From NCBI RefSeq assembly GCF_006345805.1, contig NC_043009.1, forward strand, positions 31,000,001 to 31,064,000: 64,000 nucleotides of DNA, given 5' to 3'. Origin of the DNA: Octopus sinensis (lineage: Eukaryota). Shown piece by piece: positions 39,518 through 54,420 of the stretch (positions are counted from its first letter, which is position 1; each line of letters begins with the position of its first letter). The notes beneath the pieces are model-generated. The model was given only the letters and a program-made list of their open reading frames with translations. It had not been told where the DNA came from and did no database searches. The position numbers and the translations under genes were made by a program.

Positions 39518-39804
39518 TTGTGGTTCCTAAAGTGGGTGGTACTGTCCCTCCCCATTAAGAACAGTGGAAAGATCCAGTGGGACATTGAAGAAAAATGGGG
39601 GTGATAATGGGATAGTAATGGGGTGATAATGGATGCAAAAAGAACAAAATAATGGGTTAAGTTAGTTTTATTAGTGAAATACAGGTATTTTGAATTTGAT
39701 GCAGAAAATGGCCTATGTTTGTGGTAGTAAGTGGGGTAAGGTGCTAGGAATGTGGACCAGGTGCCAAGTGGGCAGCAGCATGAAAAAAAGTCTGGGAACC
39801 ACTA
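39518..39804. mobile_element. hAT/Charlie-like MITE
   Basis: TIRs (tt)gtggttcctaaa / tctgggaaccacta; flanks atctagat / atttaggt (6 of 8), fitting the NTCTAGAN target. Confidence 0.65.
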
Positions 39805-41230
39805 ATTTAGGTTGATGTAGCTGTAAAGTGGATACAATTCTTCTGATGTTCAAGGATTTCTGTATGACTAAGCTTATCTCTTCAGATGACTGGGAAAAAA
39901 AAATCAGGAGACACAAAATGTTGTATGCTTCCAGGATTTGAATGGTCTGGTTTACGAGGTCCGTTTTTCAAACTCACACAATGAAGTGGGAAATACAAAC
40001 TTCCAGCTTGACATGAAACTTTATATGGAGTCTGAAATGGTTGCTTATAAAATTTTCATTGTCAGGAGACAAATGTTTGTCTGATGAAATTTTCAAAATC
40101 CTTGTCCAGGATGCAATCATTTGAAACTTTGTTTCCCAGGTGGATGAATCACGAGGCTGTTGCTAATTGTTGCTATTCCACTGAGAAACTGGGTAAGAAG
40201 GAGTATGTTTTGGGCTTGTGTGTGTGTGTGTCATTGCTATTATGTTAAATAGTTGTATGTCCAAATGTGGCCAAATGCGTCTTTCTTCAATATTTATTTT
40301 TGCTTGCAATAGCTAATTCTTTTGGTCAAACGATCGTATCTCCAGCTGCTTCATATGGCAAGATATCAAAAATTTTCAAAGTTTAGTACAATGGCTTTAC
40401 TATGGAATGGTAAAACTATTTTTGCATTTTCTGAAAAGCAATGTTTTTGACTTATGACACCTTTGCATTATACCAATGATATATATATAAGATATATATA
40501 TATATCTATATAGACACACACACACTGGCACTCTGTTGGTTATGACAACGAGGTTTCCAGTTGATAAGTAAATGAAATAGTTTGCTTCTGAAATTAATGT
40601 GCAAGTGCCTGAGCACTCCACAGACACGCATATCCTTAACAAAGTTCTCCGAAAGATTCAGCATGACAGAATGTAACAAATATAATGTAACAAAGCTGAG
40701 CCTTTGAATTACAGGTACAACTCATTTCTGCCGGTTAAGTGGACTGGAACAACATAAAACAAAGTATCTTGCTCAAGGTCACAATTCATCACTAGGAATT
40801 GAACTCATGATCTTAAGGCTATGGAGCTGAAACCCTAACACTAACCCACATGCTTTTCTATTTTCTTTCGCCTCAAGATTCATAAGACTGATTACTATGG
40901 CATGTAAGGGACCGAGATCACAATATTCCCTCTCCCTTAAAATGGGATCCACCAGTCCTTTGTGGGGTTTAAGACCAATAATTATGAGGGATGCTTGTGA
41001 ATTGATCACACTGACCCCATTTCTTGACAACTTCTTTATTGTATACACTCAAGAGGGACGAAAGGCAAGTCTGACCTCAGCAGAATTTGAACTAAGAAGA
41101 TAAAGAACTAGAAGCTATGTCTCTAAGCATTTTGGCCAATGATTCCACCAGCTTTCCACCTTCCCCACATTATATACAAGTGTATTTGTGTGTGTGTCTG
41201 TTAGTGTGTGTTAATGCATGTATGTACTCT

Positions 41231-41420
41231 TCTATGCTTTTACTCTTTTATTTGTTTCCGTCATTTGACTATGGCAATGCTGGGCACTGCCTTTAGTCAA
41301 ACAAATTGACTCCCGGATTTATTCTTTGTAAGCCTAGTACTTATTCTATTGGCCGCTTTTGCCAAACTGCTAAGTTATGTGGATGTAAACACTCCAGCAT
41401 CAGTTGTCAAGTGAGGTTGG

Positions 41421-41452
<32 letters not shown>

Positions 41453-41610
41453 GACAAGCTTCTTTCAGTTTCCATCTACCAAATCCATTCACAAGGCTTT
41501 AGTCGGCCCAAGGCTATAGTAGAAGACACTTGCCCAAGGTGCCTTGCAGTGGGACTGAACCTGGAACCATGTGGTTGGTAAGCAAGATACTTACCACTCA
41601 GAAACTCCTA
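41231..41610 (-). mobile_element. SINE family B
   Basis: Similar to the other copies. Confidence 0.8.
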
Positions 41611-41625
41611 AACATATATATATAT

Positions 41626-41658
<33 letters not shown>

Positions 41659-41746
41659 GTAATCAGTTTTCTTGTGGTTGCTTTTTATTCAAACTTACAC
41701 AAATTAATTTTTGCTTCTATTTTAATTATTTGGGGTTCTAAGTTTT

Positions 41747-41783
<37 letters not shown>

Positions 41784-41887
41784 ATTACACACACTATTTT
41801 CATTTCTCCCCATGAGGGAATGCTTAGTTTTAATAAAAGTTTATTTCGGTTTTATTTCTCCCAACTCATTCTTTCTCCTTATTATGC

Positions 41888-41973
<86 letters not shown>

Positions 41974-42889
41974 TGTGTATTCCTTTGTGTTTTATTTACA
42001 GCCTGCTGTAAATCACTTTCTATCAATTTCACACATCTTGTTGAAGATATAGAAATGTAGATGAGAAAGACAAAAAAAAGAAAACAAAATGAGATGATAA
42101 ATACTGAATGCAATACTATCATTATTATTGTTGTTGTTGTTGTTGTTGTTATTTCTTTCTTCCTTCAGACTAATAAAATTCTGCAAGGATGACTATGGCT
42201 GTTATAATTTATTATTGCTGTCCATCACTATTGTGATCATTATCATTCTTATTCTATGACTGCACTTTTTCTCTCACTCCTCCTCCTCCTCACACCCCCC
42301 TCCCCCCTCTTCCTTCTTTTCCTTCTCTTCTTTCTTCTTTTCCTCCTCCTCTTCTTTTTCTGCTTCCCCTTCTCTTTCTCCTCCCTTTTTTTGCTAGCTA
42401 TCATCATCATCCTCGTCATCACCACCACCACTGTAATCATAGACATAAATTTGGTTTTTTTTTTACAAGTGCCATCAGGGGTTCAGCTGTAACAGTGATC
42501 CTCAGAAAAATATTCAGCAGCATCGTTGTCATCATCACCGTCTTCTTCAGGACCCTTCATCTTCACCGTCCCCAGCATTATTTCTCTCATCATTACCATC
42601 TCCACCATCCCCAGCACAGTCATCACAATTATCAATCTTGAGACACACCAGCATTATTATTAAAGTGAAATATTTCTCCCTTATCATCATCCCTGTTGGT
42701 GAGTCAGTTTCAACATCATATGTTAAATGCTGAACTCGTTGGGGAGAATCTATGGAGGCAGGGAAACTGCAAGAAAACAGTCAAGCGTCCCTCAAACCAA
42801 ACCAAACTGCCTTAGTCAAGGAGGCACACATTAGAAAGTCTTCAGTGGAGAAGGAAAAGAAATGTGTGTGTGTGTGTGTGTGCGTGTCT

Positions 42890-43116
42890 TTTTACTCTCT
42901 TTTTACTTGTTTCAGTCATTTGATTGCAGCCATGCTAGAGCACCGCCTTTAGTTGATCAAATTGACCCCAGGACTTATTCTTTGTAAGCCTAGTACTTAT
43001 TCTATCAGTCTCTTTTGCCGAAGCACTAAGTTATGGGGACATAAACACACCAGCATCAGTTATCGAGTGATGCTGGGGGGACAAAGACAGTCACACAAAC
43101 ATAGGCTCACACATAC

Positions 43117-43147
<31 letters not shown>

Positions 43148-43323
43148 CACACATACAAATATACGACAGACTTCTTTCAGTTTTTGTCTACCAAATCCAC
43201 TCACAAGGCTTTGGTTGGCCTGAAGCTTAGTAGAAGACATTTGCCCAATGTGTTACGCAGTGGGATTGAACCCGGAACCATGGGGTTAGTAAGCAAACTA
43301 CTTACCACACAGCCACTCCTGCA
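42890..43323 (-). mobile_element. SINE family B (head-to-head with the next copy)
   Basis: Similar to the other copies. Confidence 0.8.
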
Positions 43324-43327
43324 TATA

Positions 43328-43700
43328 TAGGCACAGGTGTGGCTGTATCGTAAGAACCTTGCTTCCTAACCACAGGGTTCCAGGTTCAGTCCCACAGTGT
43401 GCTACCTTGGGCAAGTGTCTTCTACTATAGCCTCAGACCAACCAAAGATTTGTGAATGGATTTGATGGACGGAAATATATATATATTTGTGTGTGTGTAT
43501 CTGTGTTTGTACCTCCTCTATCGCTTGACAACTGATGCTGTTGTGTTTATGGCCCACATAACTTAGCAGTTCGGCAAATGAAACCAACAGAATAAATATA
43601 AGGCTTACAAAGAATAAGTCTTGGGGTTTATTTGTACAACTAAAGGCAGTGCTCCAGCATGGCTGCAGTCAAATGATGGCAACAAGTAAAAGAATAAAAG
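43328..43700 (+). mobile_element. SINE family B
   Basis: Similar to the other copies. Confidence 0.8.
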
Positions 43701-44048
43701 AAAATATATGTGTGTGTGTATGTATGTATGTATATATACATATATATATATACACACACACATATATACATATAGAGAATATACAGGGAGTTTCCATCAA
43801 CTGACGTTATGTAATAGGCATTGTACCATGGATGCTCAGTTTGGTTTACCACTGAAATTCCAGCTTGAACTGCATAAGCTAAATCTTCTGATGACAGACT
43901 ACTGAGCATATGGAAAATTTACTCACTCAGTATTATGACCAACATACCTGGCTATTCTAGAAACAGATGTAAAGACATTATCTATTTACATGCTCTATCT
44001 AACAAATTAAATGTTTTTCAAATGATGTCAATTTTTATTTTATTTTTA

Positions 44049-44087
<39 letters not shown>

Positions 44088-46344
44088 CATACATACACAT
44101 ATATATGTACATATATATATATATGTAAATAGTATATATATATATATATATATATGCATATATACACACATACATGTACATGCATGTATATGTACATGGG
44201 TACATGGGTACAGGATGTCAAGAAAACATGAACAAAATGAGAAACAAGAACATAAAAAACAAAAGCATAGAAAACAAACATTTTTTCGAACAACGAAAGA
44301 AACAAATAGACAAACGAGACAGGCAACATAAAGAACATTCCCTTCATCAATTGTCCCGTTTTATCTACTCCACGTTTTGAAGGTAGGGACAAGACACGAC
44401 TTTGTTAAAACAGTCCTTCCCGCAAAGCAGATTTGGGATTTTTTTGCGGAGGGTTACAATGGTAACAAAAACAGGACAGTAAGAATACATATACACACAT
44501 ACATACCATATGTATGTATATATGTTTGTATGTATGTACGTATGTACACACTCACACACAGATTTGAAGCATGAAATTTATGTTGCCAGTGGTATAGCTA
44601 ACTTAAGGTTTTTCATAAAATGTTTCATCTGAATGTATTTTTGGCATGCTGTGTGACTGCTGTGGTTACAATTCTCAGTTAAAGTAATTTCATTCTGCTG
44701 CATTTTCACCCTTAACACCCTGAAACAAAGCAAAAGGTGGTGAAGGACAAGGTCAGAGGTGTGAATGGGTGCAAAATTATTTGTTTGTTATCAGGTCTGT
44801 TAATTAAATCAGAGATTCTGAATAAAGTCTTTTCTGCACTAAGAACATACAAATCTTTCGTGTGATACTGCTAAGTGTGTGGGATAAGCATGAATGATAT
44901 AACTTCCCGTTTTCACTCAAGATCATAAATGCTTAAAGATTATTGAAATCAAACCCAATATTTTTACTCAGAGGTTAGTATTGAGTTAAAATTTTAGCCT
45001 AAGGTTAGCAATATCAGGTTAGGGGATAAGTTGATTACATTGATCCCAGTGCATAACTGGTACTTATTTTAGCAACCCTGAAAGGAGGAAGGGCAAAGTT
45101 AACTTCAGTGGATTTTGAACTTGGAATGAAAAGATGGACAAAATGCTGCTAGGCATGTTGCACAGCATGCTAATGATTCTGCCAGCTCGTTGCTTGTACA
45201 AACGTAATAATTAAAACCAAGAATAGTAATTCATAATTAGAGTCACAAGAAATGTGACATGTAGGTGTTTAACAAACATGTTATACTTGAATTCTAACAC
45301 TGCTAAAGTTTAACAAATGACAATATTAATAGTAATGATAACAACAACAACAGCAACCACAACAATAGTGCTGATTCAAACAAAAGCTAAAAACCCGTGA
45401 AATGGTTGAATGCTTCCTGACATTTGATAACTTTTTTATCTTCATTGAACTTATTCACCATTCAATTGCTTTAATTAATCTTGAACTTGTTTACACTACA
45501 GGAGATTTCCTATGACAATGGATCATCGGAAATTCAGGATTAAATATTCTATGGTGACAGAACACCATGGAGGATTTCCTCAAAAGCTTTTATCATGTGT
45601 TCAGATGGTTCACTTTTGTTCTAACAAATAATACTATTTCCGTGCACTTTCGGTACTAAAGGTTCATGCTACATGAAATTTCTGAGAAGAACTAATGCTT
45701 GACTTTTCACCAAAAACAGCCATTCTAAAACAAACCATGGACTCAACAAACATCTTATGTGTGTGCATGCATGTGCATGTATAAACACATATATCATCAT
45801 CATTATCCTTTAACATCCTTTTTATAAGATGGCATATGTTAGACAGTTTCGCTGGAGCAGGTAAGGCCTGAGGTCACACCAGCTACTATTGTCCATTCTG
45901 GCATGGTTTCTATGGTTGGATGCCCTTTCTAATACCACCACTCCACACAGTGTATTGGGTGCTTTTTATTTGGTACCAGCACCGGTATCAAATCTGCTGT
46001 GGTGGACAGGTCTTCTTAAGTACAATAAGGTGTCAGGCACCTCTGATATTTGTCATCTCATTTGTAAGGCTCAGTGTCTTGATATCAGCTTTCAGTATAT
46101 CTATGTGTATATATTTATATGTGTGTGTATTATGTACTTATATTATGGCATTTGAACCTCAAGGGTATGCCCTGGCACTTGCCACTATCTATATCTCTCT
46201 CTTCCGTTACTCAAACATCTCATTTATACTCTGATCCCCGTTCCTTGTGAGCATGCCTGGCATTTTGTCACCATCTCCATCCTGCAGTATACCACTCTCT
46301 TTCCCTCTCTCTCCTTCTCCTGCACTTCCCTCAGGCTGGGCAAC

Positions 46345-46731
46345 CTCTTTTACTCTTTTACTTGTTTCAATCATTTGACTGTGGCCATGCTGTAGCACTA
46401 CCTTTAGTCAAGCAAATCAATCCCATGACTTATTCTTTGTAACCCTAGTACTTATTCTATCAGCCTCTTTTGCTGAACCACTAAGTTACGGGGACGTAAA
46501 CACATCATATTCAGTTGTCAAGTGATGTTGGAGGGACAAACACAAACACACACATATATACATATATACGACAGGCTTCTTTTAGTTTCCGTCTACCAAA
46601 TCCACTCACAAGGCTTTGGATGGTCCGAGGCTATAGTAGAAGACACTCGCCTAAGGTGCCATGCAGTGGGACTGATCCTGGAACCATGTGGTTGGTAAGC
46701 AAGCTACTTACCACACAACCACTCCTGCACC
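46345..46731 (-). mobile_element. SINE family B
   Basis: Similar to the other copies. Confidence 0.8.
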
Positions 46732-46744
46732 TATACAACCGTGT

Positions 46745-47400
46745 ATTTTCTTTGCAGTAGCACACCTGTTTCTGTCTTCTTCCCTGATCTTTCTCTCTCT
46801 GGCTGGGTAACCTTGTACTTCCTCTTCAGCAAGACACCAATATTGTTTGAAGTAATTCAGGCTTGCACTGTGGTATCCAATTCTTCAGAGCTTCTTTCAC
46901 ATCTTCTATCTCATCAAATTATTTCCCACCAAAACTGACCTTCATTGAATTAAACCAAATTGGTCAAAGCATGAAGATTCCAGATCCAGTCTGTATGGAG
47001 AATGGAAAACCACCACCTAGACCAATTTGCCGACTGCCAGATTTCTTGCAAAAGATGTGTGTTGCAGTGCATTGTCATGATGTAAGAAGATTTTTGCTAA
47101 GTATCTTCCTCGTGATGTGTTTTCCAAGATTTTTAACTCTCTCAATTTATATCAACAATACAGAATCAAACAAATACATCAACCCAGTGCTCCTAGACTT
47201 GTAAATATTTATTTTTTCAGAACTTCATTTTGTAGAATTGTATAAGATTTTTCTTTGTTTTCTTCTTGGGATGATCATTAGTTTTTGGTTCAGCAAATAA
47301 GTGCCTGAAGAGTTTGTTATTATCATTGTCAACTATGATGAAAATTATTTTGGTAGGATGGTCAATATAGACAAAAACAGGAAAGCATCTATGCAAAAAT
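46745..47400 (-). mobile_element. Decayed mariner transposase
   Basis: Minus-strand translation gives IFLHHDNALQHTS and FHSPYRLDL (cf. LHHDNAxPH and HPPYSPDL) and FDEIEDVKEALKNW; it has stops and frameshifts. Confidence 0.65.
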
Positions 47401-47607
47401 GTATACACTAATGTATATATGCTCATCTGTATATGCTACCTGTATACAAGTATAATCATGAATATACATATGCATACATATAGATATTAGTATGTGTGTT
47501 CATGTAATATCTATCTATCTATTCATCTATCTCTATATCTACCTATCTATATACACACACACACACATACAAATACACACATATATATATATACGTATAA
47601 ACATATG

Positions 47608-47639
<32 letters not shown>

Positions 47640-48051
47640 GAAGGTGTATGGCTCAGTGGTAAGAGCATCAAGCTTACAATCGTGCGATTGTGAGTTCGAT
47701 TCCCGGACTGGGCTGTTTGTTGTGTTTTTGAGCAAGACACTTTATTTCATGTTGGCTCAGATCACTCAGCTGTAGAAATGAGTTGTGACATCACTGGTGC
47801 CAAGCTGTATCAGCCCCTTTGCCTTTTCCTTGGATAAGATGGGTGGCATGGAGAGGGGAGGCTGGTATGCATGGGAGACTGGTGGTCTTCCATAAAAACA
47901 ACCTTGAGTTATGCATTCACTGGTATGGTGACTTTCTGCCCAGACTTGTACCCTGGAAGGGAACCTCTCAGGTGCACCCACGGTCATTCGTGACCAACGG
48001 AGTTAAATTTTTTATACAGACATATATGCATATATAATATGTATGTACATA

Positions 48052-48099
<48 letters not shown>

Positions 48100-48849
48100 A
48101 TATATATATATTAATATAGATATATATATCCACGCATATATATGTACACACACACACGTATAGCTTTCTCATAGCTTTATACCTAAAGTGTCCTTCAGTT
48201 TTGAATGTCTTTGTAACTCTGCTGAAGCATAAGATTAAAATACAAAAATGTCCTTCTTCAAAGATTCCTTACAATTATACAAACACAAAACCGAAAAGGC
48301 AGAAGACATAAGAGGGGAAGATATATTTATATAACCATTTCACTTCAAATAGGATTGCGGCTGTTTTGCAAACTTCCTCATGTAGCAGTAATTTCTTCAT
48401 TGTTGTCGTCATTACCATCATCACCACCATCATCATCATCACTAGCATCATCATAACCACTAGCATCATCACCATCAGCATCATCATCACCAGTATCGTC
48501 ATCATCAGCATCGCCATCACCATCACTATCATCATCATTTAATATCTTTTCTCTATGTTAGCAAAGATAGTTTGACAAGAGCTGGCAAAGTCCCCTCAAC
48601 TGGGTTGGGGGGGATAGCAGTAGTATTGAGGGAGGAGGTCTTGTGGCAGTTGATATGAGGTTGAAAGAGTAATAGAGAGGGAAAGATGGAGATAGGTGAC
48701 TTGTTGTAGAAGAGATACAAAGATACCTTAGTTGGAGGAGAAAGGAGAGAAAGAGAGACTAAGAGAGAACGATAGTGTTGGAGAGAAAGGGAGACTTAGA
48801 GAGAAAGGTAGTAATGAAGAGAGTGGGAGAGATGGTGGTGGGTAATTGT

Positions 48850-49450
48850 GAGGACCGAACCTCAAAGGACATGTTGGGGGATGAATATAGATGAAGTGAT
48901 ACGGAGGATTGGACTGGATGAGGTAAAAGTTGGGGAAAATTTCATAAGAATGTAAGGGGAGGCTGGTTAATGTGTTAGAAGTGGCCTTTTCCAGCTTCTT
49001 GGATGCCCTATCTGTTATCTGGTTTACCTTGTGACATGTCTGGCCCACTAAAACTTATGCTTTCAATATTGTGTTCACATCATTCACTCCACTCTATTCT
49101 CAGATGACCACATTTCAATCAGAGGCTGCTAACAATTTCCATATAGTTCTACACAAATGCCTATAACACCCCTCCTTGTTCACTCAAACCCTGTTTCCTT
49201 GACTCCAACTGACTTTGACAAGGACTCCCTTGGCAAATCTTTTTGGTTTTCTAGCATCAGATTTGCAAACTTAGAACAAATATGCATTGTTGACTGAATA
49301 CATCTCCCTTGAGTCACATTTAATACTTCCAACAAGAGAACATGTCAGAACATTAACACTGTATTGCAGGAACCCCAATACAAAATATGTTTGATTGCTG
49401 AAAGACTTACCATTGTCTTGGAAGATTTCAGATACTTCAGGGGGTAACAT
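48850..49450 (-). mobile_element. Heavily decayed LINE (probably RTE-like) 3' region
   Basis: Fragmentary translation ARKPKRFAKGVLVKVSW..W-type C-terminus, followed by a purine/pyrimidine-biased tail. Confidence 0.3.
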
Positions 49451-49939
49451 AAAGCTGTCTCAACATATAATTATGGTATTAGATTTATGAGTTCAAAAAT
49501 AGTGTTGGGATACAAATAGAGATGCTTGTCTGAAATATGGTGGACACTGTTATATAGAATTGATATTGATTCTGAGAATATTTAGGATGATGTATTTTCA
49601 AATTCTGAATCTGATGCCAAGTGGAAGCTGTTATGGATAGAAATCCCGATTTGGATCTATCAACCATGGTTTTGATTACATGTCATTATTTCATCTATCT
49701 TATGATTTTTACATATAGTTTTCTTTTTTTTTCCTGTAAAATACTTTGATTTTGGTAAGTTTCTGATTTCCCCTGAAATTTAGCTTTGTCAAACTAAGAA
49801 GTATTTTATTGAGTGGCAGGATCTATCATACACACATACATGTCTACATATGTACACATGCACACACACACACACACTACATATAAACAAACATATAAAT
49901 ATTATAAATAATGTAAATATTTGTGTGTGTGTGAGTACA

Positions 49940-49993
<54 letters not shown>

Positions 49994-50415
49994 TGTATAC
50001 ATATGTGCATGTGTACATATATATAGCTATATACATATATCATATATAAACATATATATTGCAGATTCTATATACATTTATATATATGTATGTATACATA
50101 TATAAACACACACACACACCAATATATCTATATATATGTATGTATATATATATAAAGACACACACACCAATATATCTATATATATGTATGCATACATATA
50201 CACACATATGTATAAGTAAACAGCTCATGTATATGAAAACATACACATATATGTGGATGTGTTTGTAAATAGCCTTCTAGATGCATGCACTGTCTGAAAT
50301 AAGAGATTGAGAATTACTGTGAGGAAACATGGAATATTCTTTTATATGTATAGATTATTATTCAGTAAACAAACAAACATACAATCATACATACATAGAT
50401 ACATACATACATACA

Positions 50416-50446
<31 letters not shown>

Positions 50447-50487
50447 GTATGTTGTATACATATATATACACACACACACACATATAG

Positions 50488-50550
<63 letters not shown>

Positions 50551-50847
50551 ATATACATACATACAGATATGTATGTATGCATGCATGTACATATGTATGT
50601 GTATATATAGAGAGAGAGCGATAAACAGATGGATATATATATATATATATATATGCATGTATGAACACATACATACAGCTGATGAACAGCAGACAATAAT
50701 GGTAAAATATCAACAGACAAAAATAATCAGCCATATACAAAAGAACAGCATTCATTTCTTTTACTTCCATATTTTTTTGCATGTGTAGACTGCAATATAA
50801 TTCTATACACATGTATCAACACACAATTACATCTGTCTATACACACA

Positions 50848-50914
<67 letters not shown>

Positions 50915-50927
50915 TATATATATATAT

Positions 50928-51019
<92 letters not shown>

Positions 51020-51489
51020 TAAATTTATCTGAATCCACACATACAGACACACATACACACCTGTGTTTATATGAGACTATAGCAGGAGCTAATCTACATA
51101 TTATGTTGAAAACCCTTCAATAAGATGTAAAATTGCATTTTATACAATTTTATGTTGAATATTTCATGCAAATATTTCTATGGTTGGTAATGGGAGATTG
51201 TAAAAGATCTTATCTCCATAAATGTATTCTTTCCTATTGATACTTTCAACATCTTGTCCATCATGTTTAACGTTTTATGGCCGAGCACAACCAAAAAGTA
51301 TAAATTTCTTTTCTAAAGCTAAATGCCTGTATATATTTTATCAATATTAAACTACGCAGAAATATTCTCACACACACACATATGCACATACATAAAAGTA
51401 CGTATATGTGCTTATATATCAAATATACATATATAATATAATGTACATAAATAAATAAGACCACCACTATTACCATCATCCTCACCATC

Positions 51490-52640
51490 ATTTAGCATCT
51501 GTTTTCCATGCTGACAGGTTACATAGTTTGACAGAAACTGACAAACTAGAGAGCAGCATCAGTCTCCAGCCTGTTTTGGCTTCATTTCTATGGCTGGATG
51601 CCCTTCCTAATGCCAACCACTCCACAGTGTGTAGTAAATATATATATAAATATTTACTGCACATATATATATCAAAATAACCAATACTAGTGGCACATAA
51701 AAAGCACCCAATACACTCTCAGAGTGGTTGGCATTAGGAAGGGCATCCAGCAATAGAAACCTTACCAAATCAGACCGGGGTTTGGTGCAGCCTCCCAGCT
51801 TACCAGTTCTCAGTCAAAGAGTCCAACCCATGCCAGCATGGAAAGCAGACATTAAACAACAATGATGATGAAGAAATATGTATACATAAATATATATATA
51901 TTATGTATGTTTGTGTATATACATATATATATACATACAAACATATACATGAGTGTGTGTGAGCGGTGACATGGTTGTGCACTTAAGTAGCATTTTTCCC
52001 TTAACATACAGTTTTGGCTCAGTGCTAATGTTTGGCATCTTGGGCAATTGACTCTTATTGTAAATCTGACTTAAACCAAAATGTTGATGGAAACTAAAAG
52101 AATCCCAAGACACACACACACACACACACACAGACTCAGGCATATATATGGCTGTGAGTTACTTGTTCACCTCACTAGTACTTTTGGAATGAAAAAAGCA
52201 TCCTGTACACTCTGTGAAGTGGTTGGCATGAGGAAGGGCATCAAGCCAGAGAAAAAAAGGCCAAAGCTGACGTTGGGGTTCAAATGGTCTTACATTTCAT
52301 TGGATCCTGGTTAAACTGTCCAGCTAATGCCAGCATGGAAACAGATATTAAATGATGATGATATATACGTATGTATACATGTATACATGCATACCTGTTT
52401 ATGTATAAATATATACCAGTTGTGAAGCAGTGATAAGGGAGAAACACAGACACACACATAGACTTACATATATTCATACATATACACTCTCGGAGTGGTT
52501 GGCGTTAGGAAGGGCATCCAGCTGTAGAAACACTGCCAGATCTGACTGGTCTGGTGCAGCCTTCGGGCTTCCCAGACCCCAGTTGAACCGTCCAACCCAT
52601 GCTAGCATGGAAAACGGACGTTTAAACGATGATGATGATG
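51490..52640. mobile_element. Cluster of four RTE 3' tail fragments in mixed orientation
   Basis: Matches at ~51490-51630(-), ~51680-51870(+), ~52200-52370(+) and ~52485-52640(+). Confidence 0.7.
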
Positions 52641-53784
52641 ATTATGATATATACATTGATGTTAATGCAAGTAGGTTCTAAAGACTAAATTTGCATTTAA
52701 CAGGAAATTATCACATATTCACATCATTCTCTCTTCACTGATATCTAATGTGTCACATTATAATCCTTGGATGTATGTGAGTGTGTGCACGTAAAAGAAA
52801 GGGAGATAGTGAGATACAGTTGTCAAGAGTCCCACCCTTGAGGGATCAATGCTAGAGGTGTTAAAACAATTATCATGATTAATAATAAATTCTCGTATAT
52901 TCTATCTTCTGTCTTTCAGCACAGGCATGGCTGTGTGGTAAGAAGCTTGCTTCCCAACCACATGGTTCCAGGCCTAAAGTCACCCAAAAGTAAATCAAAA
53001 TTCCATAAATACTTAATATTCATTCCAATTATGAATGTTTAATGAATGAACTCTGAGTTAAAATCACCGTTTTTGGGGGTTTTTTTTCAAACAATTTTTT
53101 GTTTTAATCTTGGAATTAACTGGTTTTTGATTTACTCCCAGAGGACTTTTGGCCAACCCTGTATATTCAGTGAAATATGTCACAGATATACCAGTTGAAG
53201 AAGAAGTAAAATATCTCTTTCGGGTATAATTTGAAGAAACATGAACTCCACAAGGGTGGCTTGCTTTGGGTATATTAAACCAATATAATGGCTTCAATGC
53301 TTTTCCAAGGCTTACTTGTTATATCAAACTCTTCGTTATCAATACAATTATGATAAGATAACGAGTGTTCATTTAATTTGCTAGAAATGGCAGCCAAATC
53401 TTTTTTGTTGGTAACTTAGTATCACATTGGATAATATAGTCTTAGATACACTATGTTTGGGATGGACAGACAGAACAACTCTGAAAATGGGAATGCTCAT
53501 GTAAGTCTGAGCTGGAGCAGAGCAACAATGGTGACAATGATGAGGATGGCAACGAGAACAACAGTGGAAATGGCAGAGATGACGGTAGTGGTGTTGACAA
53601 TGTGAAACAACGACAATAATAATATTGGTGATGACAATGACAACTACAACGATGATGATGATTACAACAACGATATCTACAGCAACAACAACAACACCTA
53701 CAGTAATAGCAATCCCTATATGTCAGCAGCTCCCTTATTTGAACCCAGTTTTTACTCCAATGAACCACATGTAGCAGACATATT

Positions 53785-54420
53785 CTTTTACTTGTTTCAG
53801 TCATTTTGACTGTAGCCATGCTGGAGCACTGCTTTTAGTCAAGAAAAATAGACCCCCAGGACTTATTCTTTGCAAGCCTAGTACTTATTCTATCGGTTTC
53901 TTTTGCCGAACCGCTAAGCTACAGGGACATAAATACCAGCATCAGTTGTCAAGCAGTGCTGAGGGTGACAAACACATGCACACACACATACATGATGGGC
54001 TTCTTTTAGTTTCCAGCGACCAAATCCACTCACAAGGCTTTGGCTGGCCCGAGAATGCAGTAGAAGACACCTACCCAAGGTGCCATGCAGTGGGAGTGAA
54101 CCTGGAACCATGTGGCTGGTAAGCAAACTACTTACCACACAGCCACCTCTGCATGCACACACACACACACATATTTATATATATATATATAGATAGATAG
54201 ATAGACAGATAGATAGATAGATAGATAGATTGATAGATACATACATACACACACACAACAGGCTTCTTTCAGTTTCCATCTACCAAACCCACTTATAAGG
54301 CTTTGGTCAGCCTGAGGCTATAGTAGAAGACACCTGCCCGAGGTGCCACACAGTGGAACTGAACCCGGAACCATGTGGTTGGAAAGCAAGCTTCTTACCA
54401 CACAGCCACTACTGCACCTA
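53785..54420 (-). mobile_element. Two adjacent SINE family B copies
   Basis: Full copy at 53785-54152 and head at 54258-54420. Confidence 0.75.

Noticed and set aside
40079-40140. CTGATGA...GAAA motif (similar cases at ~43888 and ~55479)
   Set aside because: No closing helix I, or no UH triplet in the required position.
44240-44480. Possible further Penelope-type repeat with TTGATGAAGGG and AAAACGTGG on the minus strand
   Set aside because: I could not fold a consistent hammerhead; it needs a family consensus.
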